From Bispira polyomma (Eukaryota): a DNA stretch of 64,000 nt. Both the position numbers and the translations under genes were made by a program. The notes under the pieces were generated by a model. It saw only the letters and a program-made list of their open reading frames with translations, was not told the origin of the DNA and ran no database searches. Where the stretch lies: the NCBI GenBank assembly GCA_965649765.1, contig OZ287753.1, forward strand, positions 77,872,001-77,936,000, given 5' to 3'. Shown here piece after piece: positions 11,701-23,700 of this stretch; position 1 is the stretch's first letter; every line of letters starts with the position of its first letter.

Positions 11701-14700
11701 ATTACCTTAACTACTAGTTATATGCGCAAGTAAATTTCATCGATTTCTGTTTTCGCAGATTGTGGTATTTTCGCTCATGGCAGACTGGTCCCTACAGGCT
11801 AGCACAGTCCCCATATTAATAGCTGGCACTATCTTACACAAGCACCCACAGCATGTTTTGTATTAGCAGGAAGTTATATTTTCATTTCTGCCCCGTAACC
11901 AGTGGGATTCTTCTGATGTAGGTGCTAGGCCACTTCTTTTAGGCAGCAGAGTATGCAGCCTGTTGGCCCGCTTCCATTCTCATCACTAATGTTGTTGTTC
12001 AATGTTTTTATTATTACAGCTCGTTAGGCCACAGACCTCCACCCTTGTCTCCAGCCAGTCTGCAACCCCACACATGATTCCACCGATTAAGCCTTCTCGG
12101 CCTAATCTGGGCCCTAACCCTCCTGTAGCCCGCCAGGCCTCAACTCACTCTGCTGCAAGGTGTTGGAGGACATCTGGGGAGAGTGAAGACCTACTGCAGG
12201 GGATGCATGAATATGTAGAGGCGAACAACCACAGCCAAGAACGTGTGGCCCAGATGCTGAGCATGCCATTAGCAGATCCACAAGACCCCCGGGAGTCGTG
12301 GGGGCGCTGGCTGATTGCTAGCGCTCGTATGAAAATACACCCCAGTCTTTGGATCCGTTTTGAGGAGGAAGTGAGCAAGACCTACTTCCATTATGCGTTG
12401 GAAAGTGCGGCACTGTATGAGCGCCAGGAACAGGCGCAGACAACACACCCACAGCAGCCAGGCAGTGCCTCCCCATCCCACGTGACACCGGCACCGGGTC
12501 GTCAACCACAGGTCCACAGTACCACACGTTGAGTTTGTCATCCACAGTAACACACCCTTCCTCAAGGGTTTGTCGACCACAGGTCCCCAGTACCACAAGT
12601 CGAAGAGCATTCCCAGCCTGATCATGTGGGCACCTGCCTCAAGGGTTTGTCAACCACAGGTCCACAGTTCCTCAAGGGCCCCTGCTTGGTGACGTCATCA
12701 CCATAGTGAAAAGTGGTATCATGATACTGACATTTTTCTACAGACTACTTAATCATGTCCCCCCCCCTCCCCCCCCCATATCATTTATAAATTGCTATCA
12801 AATTAGCTAAATTGTGCATTAAATTTTGTGGCTTGCATGCAAGTACCTGAAACACAAAGTCTAACAATATCACAATTTCAAAACTGTTCTCATGATAACT
12901 AAACTTAATACTTTCTCTCGATGATAAGATGATATTGCCATATATGATGACCTTGTGCGGGTGGTGCCAGAGACTGTTGATATATATCTTTGTTGGTTTG
13001 TTTTTTCCTCAGCCATTGTAACTTTGAGAAATAAACCAATGTTTTAAATGTCTGCCTGTACATTACCAGAAAAGGACTTGTTGGCCCTCTCTTCCTACAT
13101 ACCAAAAAACATAGAAACTTAAAAATGTAGAATCTAAAAATTACCACAGTACTTGACATCTTGCGCTTCCGACCCAATAAACAGAATTGAACAAAAGTTT
13201 AATGTATAATTTTTGAACTTGTGGGAAGAGTAAGGTACCAAGATGTCACAGGTCACCACTTGGTATCTTTAAATTTTATCTTTTCCACTACACGTTAAAA
13301 ACACTAAAAAAAAAAAGCCAAGAAAGATGAGAGATAGAATGAAAACAAATATAGTGCCCACAAAATGTAGGCTGGAAAAGGTAACGTACCAACAGACCAT
13401 ACATCACAGCAAACCAAAGCTCTAATATTGTTTTGGGAAGATATATTGGCCCTGACATCTTCAGTAACTTCTTTCGGTTGGCAGGTATTAAAAATCTGGG
13501 CATTTAGGCAGCTGCCAGTGCCACCCTCGTCCACCCATACAAACTTATTTGTGTTAATCATATCACGACTGGCAGTTTCATTGGTAGGGTAAAGCAGTTT
13601 AACTAACTGCCAACTTTCCCACTTAAAGCCCCGATCGTGATTCGAACCGGGACCATATAGAGGTGGGAGGCTATAATGTAATGGAAGCCCACAAAAACCT
13701 TATGAAGCAATTATCGTTTATACTACTGCCTGAGTCAGTATCTCTTTGCACATGAATACCTTTTTTACAGTATCAGAGTATCGGCTACTAACTTTAGAAA
13801 AAATTAAAACCTTTAGTTAATAATATTACCCACAGCAACAAGCCACTTGGGGTTCTTGTCCCAAAAAAACCATTTACACAGTTAAACAACATCTGGTACA
13901 AAAAGAAATACTGTACACTATTGAGTGGTAAGTTGGCAAAACAAGAAGTTCTTTCATAATACACAAAATGGATGATTGGATGACATTTAATATGTGTGAC
14001 ATTAAAATCTAATTGCTAGTGAACCTATTGGTGTGTGAAATAAACAACTGTACACTATGTCAAATGGTGTTCTAGCAATCTCAAAAAGACCGGTGCCATA
14101 TAGTATAATATGTGATAACTCGTTTGGACTACCAAGTAGATTAATTTCCGGTGTACGAGTACTTGTGTTATGGTACCTGTAATGTTGCAGAATGAAAAAA
14201 CTGAAGTATAAATTAATCCAAATGACTAAACATTTTAGTGGTGCGTAATGACCAGTGGTCACAGGCATTACTCAAAATGACTGAAAGATCTAGCAGTTTA
14301 TAATACGTTCATGTAATATTTGCCCCAGTTTACTCCAGTTCTGACCAGGTCACACAAGTTCTAAGCAGTTTAAGCCCCGTTTACACAAGTTTTGAGCAGT
14401 TCAACCCCCATGTATGCCCTGTTTATGCCCATTTCCTCCAGTTCTCTCAAGATGTGCTTTCAGAGCCGATCATCCTTGGAAGTTTATGCCCAGTTTACAC
14501 AAGTTTACTCCAGTTCACACACATTCTCAAAACGGGGACCGAGAACGTTGACAGTGTGAATGCCTCGTAACGTAGATGTTAAACTGAAACTTTTCCCAAA
14601 TTCTGTCCTGATCTATGTGTACAATGAGAATAGCTATAATTAGAGGGCATTTTGAGTTCCTTACTGAAAGTTCAAGTTGGTAACCAGAAGCCTGTTCAAC

Positions 14701-17700
14701 CAGGTGTAGGTTGGTTTCTTTAGGTCAGTGTAAACTAAATTTTGAAACCGTTTACTTTAAAGTAAAATGCTTAGAACAAATATGTAATTGAACAGAACTG
14801 CAAACAATTACTTTTTTTCAGTGTCATTGAAAATGTAAACCACATGCGATCAAGTGTCTACAGAAATAGATATATGTGCCACACAACATAGAAATATGAG
14901 AAAGTTTTCTTTGTCAAAACCAAAAAACTAGTTGTCCATTTTACACCTGTGTGCCAACTCTTTCAATGTGCACATGGACTAATCTACCTTTGACATGTCC
15001 AACACAATTCAGTGCTTTGTTTTGGCAAGTTTTCTTGTATAAATGAGACATACTTAAGGATCTTTGTTGTTCATTTGTATTTCACCAAATTACTCTAACC
15101 AGTTAATAACCAGTTGTCGGTTGATTTCAACAACCAACAACCGGCTTAAGAAAATCATAACCCAACTTCATCTCTAATGAAAGTGCTGTTAAAACTTGCT
15201 AATATAATGTATAAATTGACATAACAAATTTCCGCTTAACAGAGTTTCACTATTCTTGAAGATGTATTGTCAGATTCCATTGTGAGTAAACTATTAATTT
15301 TTAACTGATTTTCCTTTGTATATTTTTTAGAACCAATAATGGTGCTCCGGGGAAAGTTCCACTTCTGTAAGTATACATTTAATATCGGAATACGTGACTT
15401 TATGGAAGCCTTTATTCACCCAGTTGCTTTCTTTTGGGTAAGATGTGTCTGTTCTGTGAATGGTGAAAACTTTTAGGGTGTGTACAGTGAAAATCTGCAG
15501 TGTATTACTGCAAAATAACTTTCTGTCAGGACCTCAGAAGTATGTATTTTGGGTAGGAAATGCCTAGGCAAAATAGAACGTAATCTAGTTTTCAGAGCTT
15601 TTCATACTGTCTGGTTTGGATGTGACCTGATATGCGCTAAAAGCATGTTGTAAATATAAAGATGTGGCACTTGAGCGCTCCTAGTAAATAGAATTGTGAC
15701 CAAAGCAAACGTGTTCCTTGAACTGTAAATTATTCTTGAGATCCTACAGATTTGATCTTAGTGGTGTAGATTTTGATTACAGTGTGTGTAGTTATATGCA
15801 TAAAGTTGAAGACCTGTGTGGCTCTAAGCATTGCTGGTGTAATTTACTCCAGATCCGCCAAGTTGCAATATGTCTAAATGTTCGTTCTCTTGAAGGAATA
15901 TGTAAATGTCCAAAAAAATTTCATTTTTTGTCATATTAACTATGAAGTTATACAAAGGAAATTCTAATATAAATAAAAACAAACTTTTTCAGGTATCTAT
16001 CAATATTTTTTTAGTTGAAATTGGTCCTTTCCTTTCGTATACTGATGTATGTATAAATCCGCGCAGTCCATAATGATAATGCATGCAAATAATGGTTGCA
16101 GCTTCAGTCATGGCCCAAAAGTAAACTCTTGTTTATAATTATGTCTCCAGATTACAACATTAACCACGCTCTGAAGATGGTGATCATCAAACCGTTTAAA
16201 GAAGACCTGCTGGGAAAGCCCGAGTTAACAAAGTGGTGCAAGCAGGCCAAACACTTTGATATCCAGAAGCTAGAGGATGGATACAGGTACATGCTTGCAG
16301 GATAAACTCTAATCTTATAGAGGGGCTGCGGGCAGCATAGTGGTTACAAGTGTTTGCTGCACAATCACTGGCCTCTCACAAATGTAGGGTTTAAATCCTG
16401 TTTGTTCCTTCGTGTGGGAAAGTTTTGTCGGGTACTTGCCGTAGGTCGATGGATTAGAGCACTTCAGCACTGGTTTCATTCACCATTGAACCTGGCTATC
16501 GTGTTATGACCTAAGATGTTGAAAGCCACATGGAAATAAAGCTAAATTCAAATCCAAATATTTAATTTTATGACTAATTATATTTCCACCCTCTCCAAAA
16601 TTCATAGGTTTCTACTGCTTTACACTAAAGTGCCTCTTTTATTTGATAAACCTTCTAAATATCCAAACAAAATCATGTTCTCCCAACGTGTCCTGAATAT
16701 ACTACTATTTTTTAGATTCTGTCACTTTATAAAAGTTCGTATTTACACAAAAGTTTTCTACTTTTTTTTTGTCAAAACGAAGTATCTTTAGCTATTTGTT
16801 TAATATTAGTTGTGTGTAGTTTTGATTGTTTGGTTAATAGAAGCTCTATACATATTTTTCTCCATAGCGAGGCTGTCTTGTACTTTGACACAATAGCCAA
16901 GGGTGATGGGGCTTTCGCAGAGTTCAAGGCCACCATCGAGAGTGAGGAGGTGAAGGTCATTCACCCTGCGGCGGCTGATACGGGTATAGCCGCCAACTCT
17001 GTCAGTATTAGTGCAGGACAGTACTGTAAGTTGGATTTTTGTTTTAAGGAAAAACAGAGTGCCTTTTTTTTATTCTTTAGGATGTTTTCTAGTTCCCTAG
17101 TAGTGGGTAAATTATGTTGTACAAATGTGTTATGAGACCAATATTAGGCTAGTACTAGAAGTCAGATTTTGGTTTGAGAAAAAGAAAGTAACTTTTCCTA
17201 TTTTCGAGTGGTAGGTACATTATTTATGGGTCCTTGAATCAATAATCAAAGTGAAAATTCTTTCCATATTGGAGCAATACAACCAAGTAACGGATCGGAT
17301 TTAGACGATGTGGAATTAATTCTGAAGTTTTAGAAATTAAAATAGTAAGTGTATTTGTGACCATTCAGTTTACCTTTTGTAAATGACTAATGGTTCTAAT
17401 TTAAGCAAGAATTCTGCCTTTGAATCACAAGCATTGATAACTTACAATGTGTAACGCATTAAGTTGTGTCACTTATCATCAAAACCTATTTTGTAATAAA
17501 CATGTGTGCAGGACAAAAGTCGCTTTCTTTGACTCCTAGTTTGTTTATTCTGATAGAAGATTATTGATTCATGAGTAGATATGATATGGAGAAAATAAGA
17601 CTACTTAATCTATTATTTGCAAGCAGAGTTTATAAATTTTTTTTTTGCTATTTGTAGCATGTGACTTGCCATTACTTTTCACAAGAACCTAATTTGTTCA

Positions 17701-20700
17701 GTCATATTTGTCCTGAGAATTAGGAATTCATATGTACTTAGGGAGTCCATGCACGTAAAACCCCATCTAAATTCAAATGCGTCTTTCCTGGACCTGTATT
17801 TTTCCGAACTTTTAAAATCGGCCCATACGCAAGCTCAGAATTCCAGTCTCCATATATCTTGACTAGAGTTAAGCTTTGTAAAATTTACTTCATATTTGAA
17901 TTCAGTCTAAAGGTGAAAAGGGGGGGGGGGGGTTTGACTGTATTGTATTAAAATTAATGGACACATATATAAGTTAGTTGTGGTTTCAGTTTATGACCTC
18001 CTGAGGCTCCTATGTCTATCTTTTTAGCCTTTACCCGAGAGAAAAAAACTTTGAAATCATGCAAATAGCTGTTCTTATTGATTGTATAAAACGCTGTATT
18101 TTAGGGGACAAATTGGCCGACTACAGCAAGATTGCCAAACAACCGGCCACCATGGAAGAGTCCAAATCAGAAACACTTTGTAAGTACTCCCAGCTCTAAA
18201 CCTCTCTACATATCCAATAAAGCTCAGTAGACCAAATTCTTACATCTGTTTAAAATTGAATTGAGACCTAATGGTGGTGAACACAAAAGTCTTGTTTGAG
18301 CTAGTCGTTTTCCTTGTGGAAGTCCTTAATCTGCATCTCATACAAGCTGATATCTTGTACCTATTTTTCTTCAGAATTGTAAGTTTTAAAATGTTGTTGA
18401 ATGTACCCTCAAAATACTGAATCAATTTGAGTTCTATTCAGTCGTACACCGACAGTAATGCTGTTCAAATGTTTGTTGCATGTTGGAGTATCAAATTCTG
18501 ATCTTAATCCTAATATTATAAAATATTAGTGCATTTGTCTGACAAGTAAAGTGATATTAGTTTAAAATTGAAATGTAAATGATTCTGTATAAACACAAAT
18601 ATACCAAAACTGATGCCATTGAAAAACGTATTGCATATATATTTATAACATAAAGTATAACTTGTATTTGAATTAACGTATGCAGTTTCAGAAAAACAGG
18701 TAAGGAAAACAAAATGATAAATAAATAATTAATGATGTTAACCAATTTTGTACCAGTTATACATTTGATCTGTATTTTAGCAGACATATGCTGCAACAAG
18801 CTTTAAAGAAATAATTCTGTTTATTTTTTGCCCTCGTTTTAAATTTTCAGTTAGTAGACACGTTGTTCTTGAAAATGTCCCAGACGAAGTTACCGAGGAA
18901 GAATTAGTCGACAAATTTCCAGACGCGATTTCCATTCATGTTTATCCCTACTCTGAGGCTTGTAAAGGGTATGCACACACACACAGCCTTGCATTTCACA
19001 AGGGAGAGGGCTGGCTTTATCAATCTTGTCTTCTGGGAATGGCAACACATCAAAGTCTACCTCAATTCTTCAATGTTCATGGTTTGAAAAGGGATTTTTA
19101 AAAAGACAGACAAAAACAGGCAGTTTTTTGTCTATATAAAAAGGATTTTGACATTTAAAAAAAAAAAAAAAGATAGAATCAAAACATGGCCGAGATTTCC
19201 ATATGTTTGTCAATGTGTCTTGTGCCATGTTTTTGATTTTTTTTCAAAAGTGTCTTTTATTTTGAAGTAAAAAAGTAGTTTTGTTTGAATATGATAATCT
19301 TGTTGGCCTGATATCTTTGTAAATTTGAAATCAGTAGAAAATCAGTATTAGTTTGAAATGGTTATGAAAAAATCTGAGAAGAAGAAAAGATATCTACAAT
19401 TTGGACATATTTTGATTGTATAATATTAAGTTGTAAAATTGACTTTTGAGGATGTAAATGTTAAACGTTATCTCAAGCTGTATATTGTTTAAAAGAACCT
19501 CGCACTGCAGTGTATAATACTTTTGACTATATGAATGAGACTTATTTTTGCCACATTTGTTTATTCTTGAACATTTGCTGTGAAGTGTCTGGTATTTGGG
19601 AACTGTTTCCTGCTGACCTAACAAAACACTCAAAACTAGCAAGAAAAAGTCGCACGTTTTTTTTTTGATGAACGAGAATACTTTGAGGGTTTTTATGTGA
19701 CATTTTTTACCTGTTTGTAGCATTCGTATGCTGGAGTTTTCCAGTGGAGACAAAGCATCATCCTTCATACGAGAGAACAAGACGTTAACACTGCAAGAAC
19801 AGCCCGTCAAGGTTGAGAAGTACAGCACTAGAGTACAGGCCTGGGAAAAGGAGAAACGAAAAAACGGTCAGTTGTCCTTAGTAAAACGAAAAGGTAAGTT
19901 ACAAGGTTAAGGTGATAGGTGAGGTTGCAAGTACAGGTCAGTAGGGTATGGTTTGAGGTTTTTTATTATCACTATACATGTTAGCGGTGTAAAAGTGTAA
20001 AATAACAATTAGGGTAAAATGTAGAGAACTATTTTACTAATAGAGGTCAGATTTTTTGAGACCTCTTAGCACAGGGGCCGTATTCATGAACAAGTCAAAT
20101 CCTATTCCTAACTTGGATTTCAAGTATTGTGGCTATATTTTACTAACTTAGATTCAAGTGGTATTAAACGAAATAAAACCAATAAATAAATGTGGAGATA
20201 AAACTTGCTTAGATCTTTTTTCCTAACTTTGATTCTAAGTAAAACCTAAGTAGAGTTTTTCACATGTTGGTGAATACTACTTCTAAGGAAATCTTTGGAA
20301 AAATTTACTTACTTTCACTTGTTCGTGAATGCAGCACCAGATATAAACACAACAACTAGATGCCTGGAAGTGTTGGCCTTTCCCACTGATCTCATAAAGC
20401 ACACTTGTAGAGTATTCCAGTCACATCTACAATGTATGCATCTTCCCTCTACAGTCCAGAAGCCAGTACCACAAAAGCTCTTGATTAAGCGTCCCTTGAA
20501 AAGGGCGCTTATTTGGTTTCACCCCTGGTTTCCTCGCTGCCGCCGCATGTGCCGCCGCCGCACGGTCTTCCTTGAATATCTCCTTCAATGTTATCTGAAT
20601 CAAAATTATTTTTGGCAGTTCTCTTAACCAGGAGTGGGACATTTTTTTGATATTCTTGGCTTTGAACTTTGGCCTACTTAAATGTCAGGTGACCCTGGGG

Positions 20701-23700
20701 GTGTAAAAGTGCTTGTCACTAGGTTTTCTCAGAAAGTATTCATCATAGCTCAATGAAATTTGGTATGTACCTTGGTAAGGCAATTTTCAGGACGGGAGAC
20801 GCGTAACTTTTAAAGAATAGCCTGAATTTTTATTTATTTTTTACCCCATCCAAAAATATGCGATCGTTACTGAGATAAAACGATTTCAATTTCAAAAATT
20901 TTAAAAATTAAGGGTTTTTTTTAAAACGTCAATTATCTCTGAAACGGTGCTAGATAGAGCGATTTCGAGCTCATTTTCGACCCACAGGGTTGATTTTGTT
21001 TATATGTAAACTTTCACGAAATTTTCAATTTTGGCGGCCATCTTGAATTTCTGCGTCTTTTTTTTCGAAAATGTCCAATATCTCGGAAACAGTGCTAGAT
21101 AGAGCGATTTTGAGCTCATTTTTGATCTACAGGGTTGATTTTGCTTATATGTCAACTTTCAAAAAAATTTTCAATTTTGGCGGCCATCTTGAATTTCTGT
21201 GTCTTTTTCGAAAATGTCAGTTATCTCGGAAACGGTGCTAGATAGAGCGATTTCGGGCTTGTTTTCGACCCACGGGGTTGATCTTGCTTATATGTAAACT
21301 TTCAAAAAAAATTTCAATTTTGGCGGCCATCTTGAATTTCTGCGTCTTTTTCGAAAATGTCAAATATCTCAGAAACGGTGCTAGATAGAGCGATTTCGAG
21401 CTCATTTTCGAACCCAGGGTTGATTTTGTTTTTTGTAAACTTTCAAAAAAATTTTCAATTTTGGCAACCATCTTGCATTTCTGCATCTTTTTCGAAAATG
21501 TCCGTTATCTCAGAAACGGTGCTAGATAGAGCGATTTCGAGCTCATTTACGGCTCACAGGGTTGATTTTGCTTAGGTGTAAACTTTCAAAAAAATGTCCA
21601 ATTTTGGCGGCCATCTTTAATTTCTGGGTCTTTTTCGAAAATGTCCTTTATCTCGGAAACGGTGCTAGATAGAGCGATTTCGGGCTTGTTTTCGACCCAC
21701 GGGGTTGATCTTGCTTATATGTAAACTTTCAAAAAAATTTTCAATTTTGGCGGCCATCTTGAATTTCTGCATCTTTTTCGAAAATGTCAAATATCTCAGA
21801 AACGGTGCTAGATAGAGCGATTTCGGGCTTGTTTTCGACCCACGGGGTTGATCTTGCTTATATGTAAACTTTCAAAAAAAATTTCAATTTTGGCGGCCAT
21901 CTTGAATTTCTGCGTCTTTTTCGAAAATGTCAAATATCTCAGAAACGGTGCTAGATAGAGCGATTTCGAGCTCATTTTCGAACCCAGGGTTGATTTTGTT
22001 TTTTGTAAACTTTCAAAAAAATTTTCAATTTTGGCAACCATCTTGCATTTCTGCATCTTTTTCGAAAATGTCCGTTATCTCAGAAACGGTGCTAGATAGA
22101 GCGATTTCGAGCTCATTTACGGCTCACAGGGTTGATTTTGCTTAGGTGTAAACTTTCAAAAAAATGTCCAATTTTGGCGGCCATCTTTAATTTCTGGGTC
22201 TTTTTCGAAAATGTCCTTTATCTCGGAAACGGTGCTAGATAGAGCGATTTCGGGCTTGTTTTCGACCCACGGGGTTGATCTTGCTTATATGTAAACTTTC
22301 AAAAAAATTTTCAATTTTGGCGGCCATCTTGAATTTCTGCATCTTTTTCGAAAATGTCAAATATCTCAGAAACGGTGCTAGATAGAGCGATTTCGGGCTT
22401 GTTTTCGACCCACGGGGTTGATCTTGCTTATATGTAAACTTTCAAAAAAAATTTCAATTTTGGCGGCCATCTTGAATTTCTGCGTCTTTTTCGAAAATGT
22501 CAAATATCTCAGAAACGGTGCTAGATAGAGCGATTTCGAGCTCATTTTCGAACCCAGGGTTGATTTTGTTTTTTGTAAACTTTCAAAAAAATTTTCAATT
22601 TTGGCAACCATCTTGCATTTCTGCATCTTTTTCGAAAATGTCCGTTATCTCAGAAACGGTGCTAGATAGAGCGATTTCGAGCTCATTTACGGCTCACAGG
22701 GTTGATTTTGCTTAGGTGTAAACTTTCAAAAAAATGTCCAATTTTGGCGGCCATCTTTAATTTCTGGGTCTTTTTCGAAAATGTCCTTTATCTCGGAAAC
22801 GGTGCTAGATAGAGCGATTTCGGGCTTGTTTTCGACCCACGGGGTTGATCTTGCTTATATGTAAACTTTCAAAAAAATTTTCAATTTTGGCGGCCATCTT
22901 GAATTTCTGCATCTTTTTCGAAAATGTCAAATATCTCAGAAACGGTGCTAGATAGAGCGATTTCGAGCTCATTTTCGAACCCAGGGTTGATTTTGTTTTT
23001 TGTAAACTTTCAAAAAATTTTTAATTTTGGCAACCATCTTGCATTTCTGCATCTTTTTCTAAAATGTCCGTTATGTCAGAAACGGTGCTAGATAGAGCGA
23101 TTTCGAGCTCATTTACGACTCACAGGGTTGATTTTGCTTATATGTAAACTTTCAAAAAAAATTTCAATTTTGGCGGCCATCTTGAATTTCTGCGTCTTTT
23201 TCGAAAATGTCAAATATCTCAGAAACGGTGCTAGATAGAGCGATTTCGAGCTCATTTTCGAACCCAGGGTTGATTTTGTTTTTTGTAAACTTTCAAAAAA
23301 AATTTCAATTTTGGCAACCATCTTGCATTTCTGCATCTTTTTCGAAAATGTCCGTTATCTCAGAAACGGTGCTAGATAGAGCGATTTCGAGCTCATTTAC
23401 GACTCACAGGGTTGATTTTGCTTAGGTGTAAACTTTCAAAAAAATGTCCAATTTTGGCGGCCATCTTGAATTTCTGGGTCTTTTTCGAAAATGTCTGTTA
23501 TCTCGGAAACAGTGCTAGATAGAGCGATTTCGAGCTCATTTTCGATCTACAGGGTTGATTTTGCTTATATGTCAACTTTCAAAAAATTTTCAATTTTGGC
23601 GGCCATCTTGAATTTCTGTGTCTTTTTCGAAAATGTCTGTTATCTCGGAAACGGTGCTAGATAGAGCGATTTCGAGCTCATTTTCGACCCTGATGGTTGT

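Larger units (their letters stand above)
10700..14566. mobile_element. PIF/Harbinger DNA transposon remnant in intron 2 of the SAP gene (left boundary uncertain)
   Basis: The MADF gene on + is convergent with a transposase remnant on -. Subterminal repeats (cagtttac.., acacaagtt) lie at 14320-14520 and a probable terminus ..gacagtgtgaatgcc near 14565. Confidence 0.65.
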
